Shown piece after piece: positions 62,101 through 64,000 of a stretch of 64,000 nucleotides of DNA (the stretch's first letter is position 1; each line of letters begins with the position of its first letter). The DNA comes from Anthoceros angustus (Eukaryota > Plantae > Anthocerotophyta). The stretch spans positions 124,001 through 188,000 of the forward strand of contig VJWM01000118.1 in the NCBI GenBank assembly GCA_010909165.1. Reading direction: 5' to 3'. Made by a program: the position numbers and the translations under genes. The notes under the pieces were generated by a model that was given only the letters and a program-made list of their open reading frames with translations, did not search any database and was not told where the DNA came from.

Positions 62101-64000
62101 ATTTCTTCGTCACCAACTTGAATGCACGCCAACGACGTCATCATACCTGATTTCAACTTCGACATCCGCTATGTTGCGTGCCCTCGAACGTTGCCGATGC
62201 CCTCACGGCACTCATGACAACGCACCGACACCATCCGCTGCACGGAAGCTCCCGCAGACGGTGCTCCTCGTTGTACCAAGAATTACTCTCGATGCGTGCA
62301 TGTGTCACCCCACCATGCAAGAGTACACAATCAAGGATGCTTGCTCAGTATAAGAAGGGACGCTTGGTCATCCTTCGCACCACCGACATCAAGAAAGCAA
62401 TCCTACATGATCTCCACGATACCCTCGGACATCTCGGCGTGATAAGACATACGCTGGAACATTTTATTGGGATGGCCTCCGAGCGACGCCATCAATCGGG
62501 TGCGGCCTTGTACTCTCCCCAATGTGCCAAGACCGACAATCGAAATCGCCAAGTGTTGCTCCCACTACCAATCCTCATTGTAGGTTCAATCCATCTCCAT
62601 GGATTTCATTACCACCCGCCTGTGACCAGCCTGAAAGAATGATCTGGCCATGGACCGACTCTCAAGATGTGCCATTTCATCCCCACCACCGACACCATAA
62701 AGACCCAAGTTAGTACATATTCCTACGGAAATATTCATCGCATGGTATTCTCACCAAGATTGTCTCCGACCGAGACACCAAGTTCATACCGATTCGAAAT
62801 GCTCAGAGTCCCCAAGACGCTTATCATCACCTTGCCATCCCAATCAAATGGGCAAACCGAAAAATGTAACTGGCATCAAGACATGCTTTACACTTCACCC
62901 ATGAGAAACAAGGCAACTGGAAATTATGTTACCTTTGCTCGAGTATGCATACAACACCTCAAAGCACGCAATGGGTGGCGCCTTCGCTTCTTTATGGATC
63001 ATGCCCGCCACCTCCCGCCTCCTGACAGACAAATGGGCCAGCAGTAATCGCCGAGGACGTATCATGAGGTTCAAGAAGCCCGCAAGAAACTATCCGCAGC
63101 AGATCGGCATACAAAGTGCGCAACAAACACCGCAGGAAGTGACTTACGGTTAGGCGGAAGGTATGGCCGTATGCGCCCTCAGGTATCCCTCACTCATCCA
63201 TTGAGGGAAGCTCACCTACCGATTCTTTGGACCCTTTGAGATCCTGGCAGATCAATCCGGTGGCATACCACGCCCTTCCGCATGGAAGATGCGCAAGACC
63301 TTCCACGTGCTCGATGCTCAAGCCGATCGTCACCGAGCTCCACACCTGCCAAGACCCAACACCGGTCGGTGGATACCCTCGGTCGAGCGCGCCCGACTCA
63401 ACACGGCCTCCACCAACTCACCGGCCCGGCTCTACGATCGGACTCCAGGCGTCCTTCGCGCCGACTCACCGCACTCGGCGGTCCCTAGCTCCGGCGCTCT
63501 TCAACGGCCGCCGCCACCGCCCGCCGCGGTCGCCCCGATCCGTCGTCAAGCACCGGCGACTCGGCCACATGTGGACCCACGCATCCTCCGGGTTAGATAT
63601 CAGCTTCGCCGCACTGATTGCTTGGTAGGTTGGTCCAAGCGGCCGACGCCCTAGCTACTTGGGAACCCCTACTTTGGTGTCAGCAGTTCCAGCGGCTCAA
63701 TAGCGGCTCCAAGGTGCGGAGGACCAGCCCTCGCTAAGTGGGGAGAATGTCACGAGTGACCACTCGAACCCTCGGTAGCGGGCCGTGGGCGAGACCAGCT
63801 AAGTCCATGGAGGCGGCTTGGACACCCCTCTTTTCAGCGTCCGAGCAGAGGCGGATCTCCAGCACGGACAACAACTCGGCTGCCAGTTCCGTAATAGGCC
63901 ATCTTGGGATAATCACCCGTGGGTAAACCGGTATAAGTAAATAGCCGGTGTAGTTTAGTTTCAACCGTATTAGTTAGGAATACATTCTTGTCACTAGACG
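56173..64000 (+). mobile_element. Ty3/Gypsy chromovirus-type element with internal ~2.3 kb tandem duplication; 3' LTR runs off the window
   Basis: LTR starts TGTCAC at 56173 and 63748 (PPT aagtggggagaa); gag knuckle CFTCTSTEHGSKTCP; RT KPDGGWRL..DY.GLN, IDLRSGFH, LTNAPATFQ; RH YHDKEMFAIV; IN AILHDLHD..GHLG, QSNGQTEK; chromodomain-like LVGWSKRP..ATWEP (~63620-63670). Confidence 0.88.

Overview
Eukaryotic plant genomic DNA with compact 50-150 bp introns and tight gene spacing. A non-seed land plant such as the lycophyte Selaginella is my inference, not something I can confirm. The left ~27 kb is gene-dense: alpha-amylase 3' end, queuosine salvage hydrolase (DUF2419/QNG1), F-box protein, MED7, propionyl-CoA carboxylase alpha, a small Sel1-like protein, SRR1, tryptophan synthase alpha (plus a partial pseudocopy), S1FA and a NIK/SERK-class LRR receptor kinase. 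A nest of TE fragments sits at 13-18 kb. The right ~37 kb is repeat-rich: two AT-rich intronless RRM paralogs, a PPR pseudogene split by a young full-length Copia (TSD AAAAT), a Gypsy-type element, a solo Copia LTR, a Copia pol relic and a chromodomain Gypsy. Main discovery: the Gypsy-type element at ~46.4-52.4 kb carries a DNMT3-like C5 cytosine methyltransferase domain between protease and RT, with motifs I-VI and VIII-X recognisable across frameshifts. The same element has permuted (A...B-A-B) terminal repeats and an antisense 5S-rRNA-derived segment in its leader. The TE half has many 1-bp deletions and 0.8-2.3 kb tandem re-starts that look like long-read assembly error, so frameshifts there should not be read as true pseudogenisation.
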